Assembly: GCA_947496715.1 (NCBI GenBank)
Contig: CANMDT010000002.1
Coordinates: 3,398 to 67,397, forward strand
Source of the DNA: Myxococcales bacterium
Lineage (GTDB): Bacteria > Myxococcota_A > Bradymonadia > REDH01
Direction of reading: 5' to 3'
DNA: 64,000 bases
The notes beneath the pieces are model-generated. The model saw nothing but the letters and a program-made list of their open reading frames with translations, was not told where the DNA came from and did not search any database. Made by a program: the position numbers and the translations under genes. This document shows positions 1 to 11,800 of the stretch, in pieces (the stretch's first letter is position 1; each line of letters begins with the position of its first letter).

Positions 1-1279
<1,279 letters not shown>

Positions 1280-1308
1280 CTGAACGCCCATCCCATCGAG
1301 AGTCCCCC

Positions 1309-2081
<773 letters not shown>

Positions 2082-2085
<4 letters not shown>

Positions 2086-3293
2086 GCGCCCCCCTCTCTC
2101 CGCTCCTTGAGGCAGCCGCAGCACGCGTGGCCGACGGCGGCAACAGGCCAGCTGCGGCCGCCGCGCTCGAACGGCTCCTGGCCACCGGCCTGCCCACCCG
2201 CCGCGACGAAGACTGGCGCTACCTCCAGCTCGCGCCGCTTGCAGCGCTGGCACCCGTCGCCGGCAGCGAGGCTCCGCTCCCCGAGCTCCCCGCTCCGCTC
2301 GACGGCGAGCTCCGGCTCGTCTTCGTCGACGGCCAGCTTGCCACAGCGCTCTCCTCGCCCGAGACCGCCTGGTCTGGCTGGAGGTCCGACCGCTCCGTGG
2401 AACCGCTCACCGCCTTCGGTGAGCTCGCCGCAGCCATCGCGCCCGCAGCCGTCGGCCTTGCGCTCCCGGCCGGCCTGCAGCTTGCCGGTCCGCTCCACCT
2501 GCTCTTCCTCCACACCCGCGCGGGCGCCACGCTCAGCGGTGCCACCTTCGCCCTCTCGCTGGGCCGCGGCACCGAGGCGACGCTCGTCGAGAGCCACCTC
2601 TCCGCCGACGGCGCAAACGGCCTCGCCACGGTCGCCCTCGACCTTACGCTCGCCGACGGCGCAGCCCTCACCCATATGAAGTTCCAGGAGCTCGGCCGCG
2701 GCCTCTCCCACCTCGCCGACACCCGCGTCACAACCAGCCGCGACGCCCGCTACAAGAGCGTCTCGCTCACGGGCGGCGCCCTGCTCTCGCGCGACACGCT
2801 CGCCGTCACCGTGAACGGCACCGGCGCCCACACCGAGCTGCAGGCCCTCTTCCTCCCCGGCGAAGGGCAGACACACGACCACCACACCGCGCTCGACCAG
2901 ACGCAGCCCGACTGCACCGCGCGCCAGGTCTACAAGAGCATCCTCCGCGGCAACGGCCACGCCATCTTCAACGGCAAGGTCTTTGTCCGGCAGGCCGCAC
3001 AGCGCACCAACGCCGACCAGTCGAGCAAGAGCCTGCTCCTCGACAAGGCCTGCCGCGTCGACGCCAAGCCCCAGCTCGAGATCTTCGCTGACGATGTCCG
3101 CTGCACCCACGGTGCCACCGTCGGCCAGCTCGACCCGGCCGAGCTCTTCTACCTCATGTCGCGGGCCATCCCGCGGAGCCGCGCCGAAGAGCTGCTGCTC
3201 CACGGCTTCGCCGTGGACGTCCTCAACGAACTCGGCCAACCCGCACTGCTCGAGCGCGGACTGGCGCTCCTCACCCGTTTCTCGGAGGCGTAG
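2082..3293 (+). CDS. sufD: Fe-S cluster assembly protein SufD
   Basis: C-terminal SufB/SufD beta-helix core motif (…[39 protein letters not shown]…). Position directly after sufC; start overlaps the sufC stop. Confidence 0.85.
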
Positions 3294-3295
3294 TC

Positions 3296-3868
3296 ATGGG
3301 CTTCTACATTCACGTTCAGGAGACACCCAACCCCAACGCGGTGAAGTTCATCTCCTTCTACACCGTGAAGTCGCACGGGAAGAGCAACTACCGGAGCGCC
3401 GAAGAGGGCGAGCATGTGCCCGTGGCACGCGAGATCTTCGCGGTCGGCGGCGTCGAGCAGATCTACCTCTTCGACAACTACATCACGGTCACCAAGCGGA
3501 GCGACCTGCCCTGGGGCGAGCTCTCCAAGAGCATCCTCGACCTGCTCCAGATGGCGCTGCCTGTGCATGACCCCGACTTCACCGACCCCGAGCCGCCGGC
3601 CTCGGAGAACCAGGTCGAGAAGACCCCCGAGATCCTCGCCATCGAGGAGATCCTCGACCGCACCGTGAAGCCCTACCTTGCGGCAGACGGCGGCGGCATC
3701 GAGGTCATCGAGCGCCAGGGCGACAAGATCTTCATCAAGTATCAGGGCGCCTGCGGCACCTGCCCCAGCTCGGTGGGCGGCACCCTCATCGCCATCCGCG
3801 ACGTACTCCGCGACGAGCTCGGCCCCGACATCGAGGTCATCGAAGTGGGCGGCGCGATGTTCGGCTAG
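3296..3868 (+). CDS. nfuA: Nfu/NifU-like Fe-S cluster scaffold/carrier protein
   Basis: N-terminal Nfu_N-like segment plus C-terminal NifU domain with a CxxC motif (…YQGACGTCPSS…). Starts 2 bp after the sufD stop, so part of the suf operon. Confidence 0.78.
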   Translation: MGFYIHVQETPNPNAVKFISFYTVKSHGKSNYRSAEEGEHVPVAREIFAVGGVEQIYLFDNYITVTKRSDLPWGELSKSILDLLQMALPVHDPDFTDPEPPASENQVEKTPEILAIEEILDRTVKPYLAADGGGIEVIERQGDKIFIKYQGACGTCPSSVGGTLIAIRDVLRDELGPDIEVIEVGGAMFG

Positions 3869-4205
3869 TGAGCTGAGCAGACCTCCAAAACGGCGAAGGG
3901 CCGGTGAGCGTGCCCGTGGTGCCGTCAGTGCTGCTGTCGACCACCTTCACGAGGCGGTTGTTCGCCGTCTCCGTGGTGGTGGCGAAGAGCGTCGCGGTGT
4001 TGGCGGTACAGGAGCCCGAGAGGCCGCGCAGGCTCCGGCCGTTGGCAACGGTGCAGGCTCGGATGTCGGCCGCGTTATCCCGCGTCATCTGCATGACCAA
4101 CCCACCCGCCCCAGCCCCCATCTGCGCCTCTGCCTCGACAGCCCGACCGGCCCTGAGTAAGCCCGCACCTGCGCCAGGTCGGCGCCCGACAGACGGAGCA
4201 GGCAG

Positions 4206-4973
4206 ATGGAACGCAAGGGTCAGATCGCATTGGTGGTAGGTGGTGCTTCGGGTCTTGGCGCGGCAACGGTCCGCCGCCTCCATGCAGCCGGCGTCCAGGT
4301 CTTCATCGGTGACCGCAACGCAGAGGTGGGCAACGCCCTCGCCGCAGAGCTCGGCGAAGGCGCCTCGTTTGTGCCGGTGGATGTGACCGATGAGGCCAGC
4401 GTGAAGGCTGCCGTCGCCACCGCCGCCGCTGCCGGCCCGCTTCGCATCGCCGTCAACACCGCCGGTGTTGGCATGGCCGCCAAGCTCCTCGGACGCGACG
4501 GCTCGCCGCACGACCTCGGCGTTTTCGAGATGGTCATGAAGATCAACCTCTTCGGCACCTTCAACGTGCTCCGTTACGCGGCCGCCGCCATGGCCACCAA
4601 CGAGCAGCTCCCGAGCGGCGAGCGGGGCGTGGTCATCAACACCGCCTCCATCGCCGGGTACGACGGCCAGATCGGCCAGATCGCCTATGCCTCCTCCAAG
4701 GCCGGCGTCATCGGCATGACGCTGCCCGCTGCCCGCGACCTCATGAAGAACAACATCCGGGTGGTCACCATCGCCCCCGGCGTCTTCGACACCCCGCTGC
4801 TCGCCATGCTCCCCGCACCCGCCCGCGAGGCGCTCGAGGCCACGGTCCCCAACCCCAGCCGGCTCGGCAAGCCCGATGAGTATGCCAAGCTGGCCTGTGC
4901 CATCATCGACAACGGCTACCTCAACGGCGAGGTCATCCGCCTCGATGGCGCGCTCCGGATGCCGCCCCGCTGA
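4206..4973 (+). CDS. Short-chain dehydrogenase/reductase (3-hydroxyacyl-CoA dehydrogenase type-2-like SDR)
   Basis: N-terminal Rossmann motif [13 protein letters not shown] motif and catalytic YASSKAG (YxxxK). 255 aa. Confidence 0.85.
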   Translation: MERKGQIALVVGGASGLGAATVRRLHAAGVQVFIGDRNAEVGNALAAELGEGASFVPVDVTDEASVKAAVATAAAAGPLRIAVNTAGVGMAAKLLGRDGSPHDLGVFEMVMKINLFGTFNVLRYAAAAMATNEQLPSGERGVVINTASIAGYDGQIGQIAYASSKAGVIGMTLPAARDLMKNNIRVVTIAPGVFDTPLLAMLPAPAREALEATVPNPSRLGKPDEYAKLACAIIDNGYLNGEVIRLDGALRMPPR

Positions 4974-5046
4974 AGCGGGCAGGCCGCGCGGGGCAAGCGG
5001 GAGGAGCGGCAGACAGAGGGCGGGTGAGGTCCTTCGCCCATTCCTG

Positions 5047-5269
5047 CCCCAACGGGGCAGAGCATACCAGTCCAGGGCAACGCCCTGGGGATCATGCGAC
5101 GCACATTTCCGGACTCTAACGGAACGCCGCAGATCATCGCATCACCCACCCGCGCCCGAACGATTCCCCGCGCCCGAACGATGCGGCGCTTCTTCAGAGC
5201 GCATCCACAACCTCCACCCATTTCCCAGGGTTGCACCCTGGGCTGGTATGCGTTGACCCTTTGGGTCAA
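5047..5269. mobile_element. MITE-like non-coding element, copy 1
   Basis: ~220 bp element with imperfect terminal inverted repeats: left ...gcataccagtccagggcaacgccctgggg, right cccagggttgcaccctgggctggtatgc. Small GC hairpins at both extremities: ccccaacgggg and ttgaccctttgggtcaa. Internal direct repeat ccgcgcccgaacgat x2. Near-identical copies at 5568-5814 and a partial copy at 14499-14578. Confidence 0.55.
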
Positions 5270-5308
5270 ATGGGAACGCGGTGCTCCTGGCTGCTCCACC
5301 TCGGCGCC

Positions 5309-5491
5309 GGCGCCTCCTTCGTGGCGTTCGATATGACCCACGAGGCCAGCGTGAAGACCAACGTCCCTAACCCCAGCCGGCTCGGCAAGCCCGATGAGTA
5401 TGCCCAGCTCGCCTGTGCCATCATCGAGAATGGCTACCTCAACGGCGAGGTCATCCGCGCAGGCGGCGCGCTCCGGATGCCGCCCCGCTGA
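5309..5491 (+). pseudogene. Internally deleted fragment of the upstream SDR gene. Codons ~60-72 are fused to the last ~43 codons including the stop.
   Basis: DNA and translation ([16 protein letters not shown]|[44 protein letters not shown]) match SDR gene segments 4357-4405 and 4843-4973. Same deletion junction as the copy at 14617-14798. Confidence 0.7.
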
Positions 5492-5567
5492 AGCTGGCCT
5501 GTGCGCGGGGCAAGCGGAGCAGATAGTCGCGGTAGGCAGAGGGCGAGTGAGGTCCGTGACCAATCCC

Positions 5568-5814
5568 TGCCCCAACGGGGCAGAGCATACCAGCCCAGGG
5601 CAACGCCCTGGGGATCATGCCACGCAAATTTCCGCATGCTATCGGAACGCCGCAGTTCGTCGCATCACCCTCCCGCGCCCGAACGATTCCCCGCGCCCGA
5701 ACGATGCGGCGCTCCTTCAGAGCGCATCCACACCCTCCATCCCATGCCCCGCGTGCATGCCCACCATTCCCAGGGTTGCACCCTGGGCTGGTATGCGTTG
5801 ACCCTTTGGGTCAA
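5568..5814. mobile_element. MITE-like element, copy 2 (contains a ~25-bp internal insertion relative to copy 1)
   Basis: Same terminal inverted repeats and terminal hairpins as copy 1. Preceded by the same ~70-bp spacer that follows the intact SDR gene. Confidence 0.55.
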
Positions 5815-5821
5815 ACGGATC

Positions 5822-5839
5822 GCAGCCCTGCAGGGCTGC
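5822..5839 (-). terminator. Perfect 18-nt GC-rich palindrome (gcagccctgcagggctgc), candidate terminator stem ~50 nt downstream of the giant gene stop
   Basis: Perfect inverted repeat seen directly in the sequence. On the minus strand the stem is followed by GAUCCGUUUG, a weak U tract. Could act bidirectionally. Confidence 0.35.
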
Positions 5840-5887
5840 GCTACCGATGGCCCGCTTACAAGGGTCAAGGGTTCACTGCACCGCCCT

Positions 5888-8800
5888 CTACGGCACGGTC
5901 CGCGCGAGGCGAAGGCCGAGGTTGCCGTAGCGAATGGTCGGCGCGCCAGAGTATCGACCCCCGGCACGCGCGTAGCGTGAGGGGTTGGACCACGACCCAC
6001 CGCGAAACGCCCGGGCGGAGCCTGTGCTGGCGCCGAGCGGGTCGGTCACCGTGCCAGGGTAGGTCACATTGTACCAGTCGCCCGTCCACTCCCACACATT
6101 GCCAAGCATGTCGAAGAGGCCAAAGCTGTTTGCAGTTTTGCCGCCAACCGTGCGCGACCGGTTTCCGCTGTTGATGCACCACCAGTCAATGCTTTCCAGA
6201 TTGGCCTGTGCTGTCGTGCAATCGGTAGTCGCACCGCTCAGGTTCCCCAGGTAGGTGGCCGTGGTTGTGCCGCCACGCGCCGCATACTCCCACTCGCTCT
6301 CGGTGGGCAGCCTGAAGCCCGTGCAGGTGAGGCCCGCGAAGGTGGCACCCGTGCAACCGCTGTGGATGCCATCCCTCCAGCCGTTGGCCGCGTCGGTGCA
6401 ACCTGTGAGCGTGTAGCAGGAGGCGTGCCCCTCTGCGGCGGACTTGGCGTTGGCAAAGGCCAAGGCTGCGTACCAATCCAGGTACTCCACAGGGCCGCTG
6501 TCGTTGGCGTTGGTGGTGGTCTGTACCGTGCCGGTGGTGGACTGGAAGAAGGAGGGGTTGGTGCCGCTGCTCAGCGCCTTCCACTGCCCCTGCGTCACCT
6601 CTGTCTGACCCATGAAGAAGCGACGAGAGATGGTCACGCTATGCTGCGTTTCGTCCGTGTAGCGGCCCACCTCGGTGGAGGGCGAACCCATGGTGAAGGT
6701 ACCGGCGGGGATGTAGTTCATGCCGATAGGCGCGCAGCGGTCGTTGGCCGTGCCCGTCGGGCCGGTGGCGCAGTTGCCGGAGGCACACTCGGTGTTGAGC
6801 GTGCAGGAGGTGCCTACGAATGAGCCAAAGGAGCATACCCCAACATTGACCTCGTACCCGCTCGCGCAGGCCGATGCGATGCAGCTGGCGTAGACGCTCC
6901 CCGTCCAGGTCTGCGTGCCGGCCGTCGTGTTGGCGGGCAGGGTCGAGCAGCTACGCGTGTTGCTCAGGCAGGCGCCGCCCTCCACATGGTAGGTCGCAGC
7001 GCACGTCGTCGCTGTGCAGCTGCCATAGACGCTGGTGCCGCTGTTCCACGTCTCAGTCGCCACTGTTGCGTTGGCGAGCGAGCAGCTCCGGGTGTCGCTC
7101 AGGCAGGCACCGCCCTCCACATGGTAGGAGGTGGCGCAGGTCGTCGCAGTGCAGCTCCCATAGGCGCTGGTGGCGCTGTTCCAGCTCTGGGTGCCAGCCG
7201 TCGTATTGGCAGGCATCGGAGAACAGGTGCGGGTGTCGCTCAGGCAGGCGCCGCCCTCCAGATGGTAGGAGGCAGCGCAGGCCGTAGCCTCGCAGCTGCG
7301 CCAGCCGGTCGCGTTGGCCGCCTCGACGGCCGCGGTCGCGTTCGCGGGCAACGCTGCGCAGCTACGCGTGACTGTCCTAGCGAGGCGCAGGCCGAGCGTG
7401 TTGACGCGGTTGCTCGGCGCGCCGCGGCTGCGAAACGCAGCGCGTTCTTGGTTTGCGCTGTAGAGCCACGCCCCACCGCGACGCAATCGCTCGGAGCCCG
7501 TCGAGGGACCCGTCGGGTCGGTCACCGTACCAGGGTAGGTGCCATACCAGTCGCCCGTCCACTCAAAGACGTTGCCCAGCATGTCGGAGAGGGCAAAGCT
7601 GTTCACAGCTTTAAGGCCCACCGCTTGGGTACGAGATCCACTGGTCTTGCACCACCAGGCGATGCCATCCAGATAGGTCTGTGATCTCGTGCAATTGGTA
7701 ACCGTACTGCTCAGGTTCCCCAGATAGGTGGCCGTGGCGGTACCGGCCCGCGCCGCACGCTCCCACTCGCTCTCGGTGGGCAGCCGGTAGCCCGTGCAGG
7801 TGAGGCCCGAGAAGGTGGCGCCTGAGCACCCGCTGTGGATACCGTCTTTCCAGCCGTTGGCTGCGTCGGTGCAGCCCGTGAGCGCGTAGCAGGCGGTGAG
7901 GCCCTCTGCCGCGGATCGGGCGTTGGCGAAGGCGGCTGCCGCATACCAGTCCATGTACTCCGCGGGGCCGCTGTCGTTGGCGTTGGCAGTGCTCTGTGTC
8001 CTGACGAGCGTAGACTGGAAGAAGGAGGGGTTGAGGCCGCCGGAGAGCGCCTTCCACTGCCCCTGCGTCACCTCTGTTTGATTCATGAAGTAGCTGCGAG
8101 AGAGGGTCACGCTGTGCTGCGTCTCGTCGGCAACGCGGCCTCGTTCCGTCGAAGGCGAACCCATGGTGAAGGTGCCGGCGGGGATGTAGTTCATGCCGGT
8201 CGGCGCGCACCGGTCGTTGGCCGTTCCCGTCGGGCCCGTGGCGCAGAAGCCCGAGGCGCACTGGGCGCTGAGCGTGCAGGCTGCGCCGAGGCTCCCAATG
8301 CAGGCGCCAGCGACAACGTTGTAACTGCTCGCACAGGTCGTCGCCGTGCAGCTCCCATAGGCGCTGCCCGTCCAGGTCTGGGTGCCGGCCGTCGTGTTGG
8401 CGGGCATGGGAGAGCAGGTGCGGGTGTCGCTCAGGCAGGCGCCGCCCTCCACATGGTAGGAGGTGGCGCAGGTCGTCGCGGTGCAGCTTCCATAGGCGCG
8501 GGTGGCGCTGTTCCACGTTTGCGTGGCGGCCGTCGTGTTGGCAGGCATCGGAGAACAGGTGCGGGTGTTGCTCAGGCAGGCACCACCCTCGAGGTGGTAG
8601 GAGGCCGCGCAGGCCGTGACCTCGCAGGCGCCCCAGCCAGTGGAATTGGCCGCCTCGACGGCAGTGGTCGCATTCGCAGGCAACACGGCGCAGCCGCGCG
8701 TGACAGTCCTCGCGAGGCGCAAGCCGACATCGCCGGTGCGGCCGCCTGGCGCACCATCGACGCGAAACGCAGCCCGCGCGTTGCTGGCGCTGTAGAAGTA

Positions 8801-11800
8801 TGACCCGCCGCGAGCCACCCGCCGGGTGCCCGTCGTGACGCCGAGCGGGTCGGTCACCGTGCCTGGGTAGGTGCCATTCCAGTCGCCCGTCCACTCCCAG
8901 ACATTGCCCAGCATGTCGGAGAGGCCAAAGCTGTTTGCCGTCTTGCCGCCTACCGCCTGCGTGCGACTTCCGGCGTTCTTGCACCACCAGGCGATGCCAT
9001 CCAGATTGGCCTGCGCAGTGGTGCATCCTGTGACAGTTCCGCTCAGGTTGCCAAGGTAGGTGGCGGTGGTCGTTCCGCCACGCGCCGCATACTCCCACTC
9101 GCTCTCGGTGGGCAGCCGGTAGCCCCTGCAGGTGAGGCCCGCGAAGCTGGCGGCCGTGCAGCCGGTGTGGATGCCGTCCTTCCAGCCGTTTGCTGCGTCG
9201 GTGCAGCCCGTCAGCGTGTAGCAGGCGGTGAGCCCCTCTGCCGCGGACTTGGCGTTGGCAAAAGCCAAGGCTGCGTACCAATCTAGGTACTCCGCAGGGC
9301 CGAGGTTGTTGGCGTTGCTGGTGGTGCAGGCTGTGCCCGTCGTTGACTGGAAGCAGGAGGAGTTTGTGCCCCCGGAGATCGCCTTCCACTGCCCCTGCGT
9401 CACCTCAGTCTGCCCCATGAAGAAGCTTCGGGTAAGCGTCACGCTGTGCTGCGTCTCGTTGATCGCTCGGCCCACCTCGGTGGAGGGCGAACCCATCGTG
9501 AAGGTGCCGGCGGGGATGTAGTTCATGCCGGTAGGTGCGCACCGGTCGTTCTCGGTTCCCGCTGGGCCGGTGGCACAGACACCGCTGGCGCACTCGGCGT
9601 TGGCGGTGCAGGAGGTGCCGACGGATGAGCCCAAGGAGCATACACCTAAGTTGACATCGTACCCGCTCGCGCAGGCGGTCGCCGTGCAGCTTCCATAGGC
9701 GATGCCCGTCCAGGTCTGGGTGCCGGACGTGGTGTTGGCGGGCAGGGGCGAGCAGCTCCGCGTGTCGCTGAGACAGGCGCCGCCCTCCACATGGTAGGTC
9801 GCATCGCAGGCCGTGGCGTTGCAGGTTCCGTAGCTGCTCGTGACGCTGTTCCAGCTCTGCGCGCTGGCCGTTGCATTGTCGGGCAGGGGTGTGCAGCTCA
9901 GGGTGTCGCTCAGGCAGGCGCCGTCCTCGACATGGTAGGTCGCAGCGCAGGTCGTGGCGTTGCAGCTCCCATAGGCGCTGGTGCCGCTGTTCCAGGTCTG
10001 CGTGCCGGCCGTCGTGTTGGCGGGCAGGGGCGAGCAGCTCCGGGTGTCGCTCAGGCAGGCGACGCCCTCCAGATGGTAGGAGGTGGCGCAGGTCGTCACC
10101 GTGCAGCTTCCATAGGCGCTGGTGGCGCTGTTCCACGCCTGGGTGGCCAATGTGGCGTTCGGGAGCGAGCAGTTCCGGGTATCGCTCAGGCAGGCGCCCC
10201 CCTCCAGATGGTAAGAGGCCGAACAGGCCGTAGCCTCGCAGGCGCCCCAATCGGTAGCGGTGGCCGCCTCGATGGCTGCGGTCGCATTCGCCGGCAACGC
10301 GGCGCAGCCGCGCGCGACGGTCCTCGAAAGGCGAAAGCCGAGCGTGTTGAAGCGATTGACCGGCGCGCCGTTGCCCCAGGCGCGAAACGCGGCCTTCTCC
10401 CCGGTGGCGATGTACTGCCACGACCCACCGCGATACACGCGGTAAACGCCCGTCGTGGCGCCGAGCGGATCGGTCACCGTGCCAGGGTAGGTGCCGTACC
10501 AGTCGGCCGTCCATTCCCAGAGATTGCCCAGCATGTCGTAGAGGCCAAAGCTGTTTGCCGTCTTGCCGCCTACCGCCTGCGTGCGACCGCCAGCGTTGAT
10601 GCACCACCAGGCGATGCCGGCCAGATTGGCCTGTGCCGTGGTGCAATTGGTAACCGTACCACTCAGGTTCCCACCGTAGGTTGCCGTCGCCGTACCGGCC
10701 CGCGCCGCATACTCCCACTCGCTCTCCGTGGGCAGCCGGTAGCCCGTGCAGGTGAGGCCCGAGAAGGTGGCCCCCGTGCACCCGCTGTGGATACCGTCTT
10801 TCCATCCGTTGGCTACGTCGGTGCAGCCCGCGAGCGTGTAGCAGGAGGCGAGCCCCTCTGCCGCGGAGCGGGCGTTGGCAAAGGCGACTGCCGCATACCA
10901 GTCCATGTTCTCCGCGGGGCCTGCATTGTTGGCGTTGGCAGTGCTCTGTGTCGTGACGGTCGTGGACTGGAACCAGGAGGGGTTGAGGCCGCCGGAGAGT
11001 GCCTTCCACTCCCCCTGCGTGACCTCTGTAAGATTCATGAAGAAGCTGCGCGAGATGGTCACGCTATGCTGCGTCTCGTCGGCAACGCGGCCTACCTCGG
11101 TTGCGGGCGACCCCATCGTGAACGTTTCGGCCGGGATAAAGTTCATGCCGGTAGGCGCGCAGCGGTCGTTGGCCGTACCCGCAGGGCCGGTGGCACAGAA
11201 GCCGGTGGCGCACTGGGCATTGGCCGTGCAGGAGTTGCCGATGATGGGTTGCAGGCCGCAGGCACCTGCGCTCAAGATGTAGCCGCTCGCGCAGGTCGTG
11301 GCCGTGCAGGCGCCATAGGCGCTGCCCGTCCACGTCTCGGTCGCGACTGACGCATTGGCGAGCGAGCAGTCGCGGCTGTTGCTCAGGCAGGCTCCCGACT
11401 CCACGTGGTAGCCCGAGTTACAAATCCCAGGGGTGCAGCTGCCGTAGCTGCTGGTATCGCTGTTCCATGTCTCCGTGGCTGTACCGTTGGCCAGCGTGCA
11501 GACCCGTACATTGGCCACGCAGGCGGCGCTCTCGAGGTGATAGGAGGCGGCACAGGCGGTCGCCGTGCAGCTGCCGTAGCTCTCTGTGTCGCTGTCCCAG
11601 CTCCGGGTTGCTGCGGTCGCGTTGGCGAGCGTGCAACTCAGCTCGTCGGCCTCGCAGCTGTCGACCGCGATGTGGTAGCCGTCGTTGCAGCTCTCAAGGG
11701 TGCAGATGCCGTTATAGGAGTTGCCGGTCCACTGCTCGGTGCCCTCGCCGTTGGCCAACAGGCAGCTCCGCGTGTCGCTTGTGCAGAGGCCACCCTCAAG

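Noticed and set aside
5094-6174. Small ORFs across the MITE copies and SDR fragment (5094-5336, 5394-5801, 5501-5980, 5617-6174, 4916-5575)
   Set aside because: They overlap a non-coding repeat with inverted termini. They are not conserved between copies in frame. One is just the truncated SDR pseudo-fragment.
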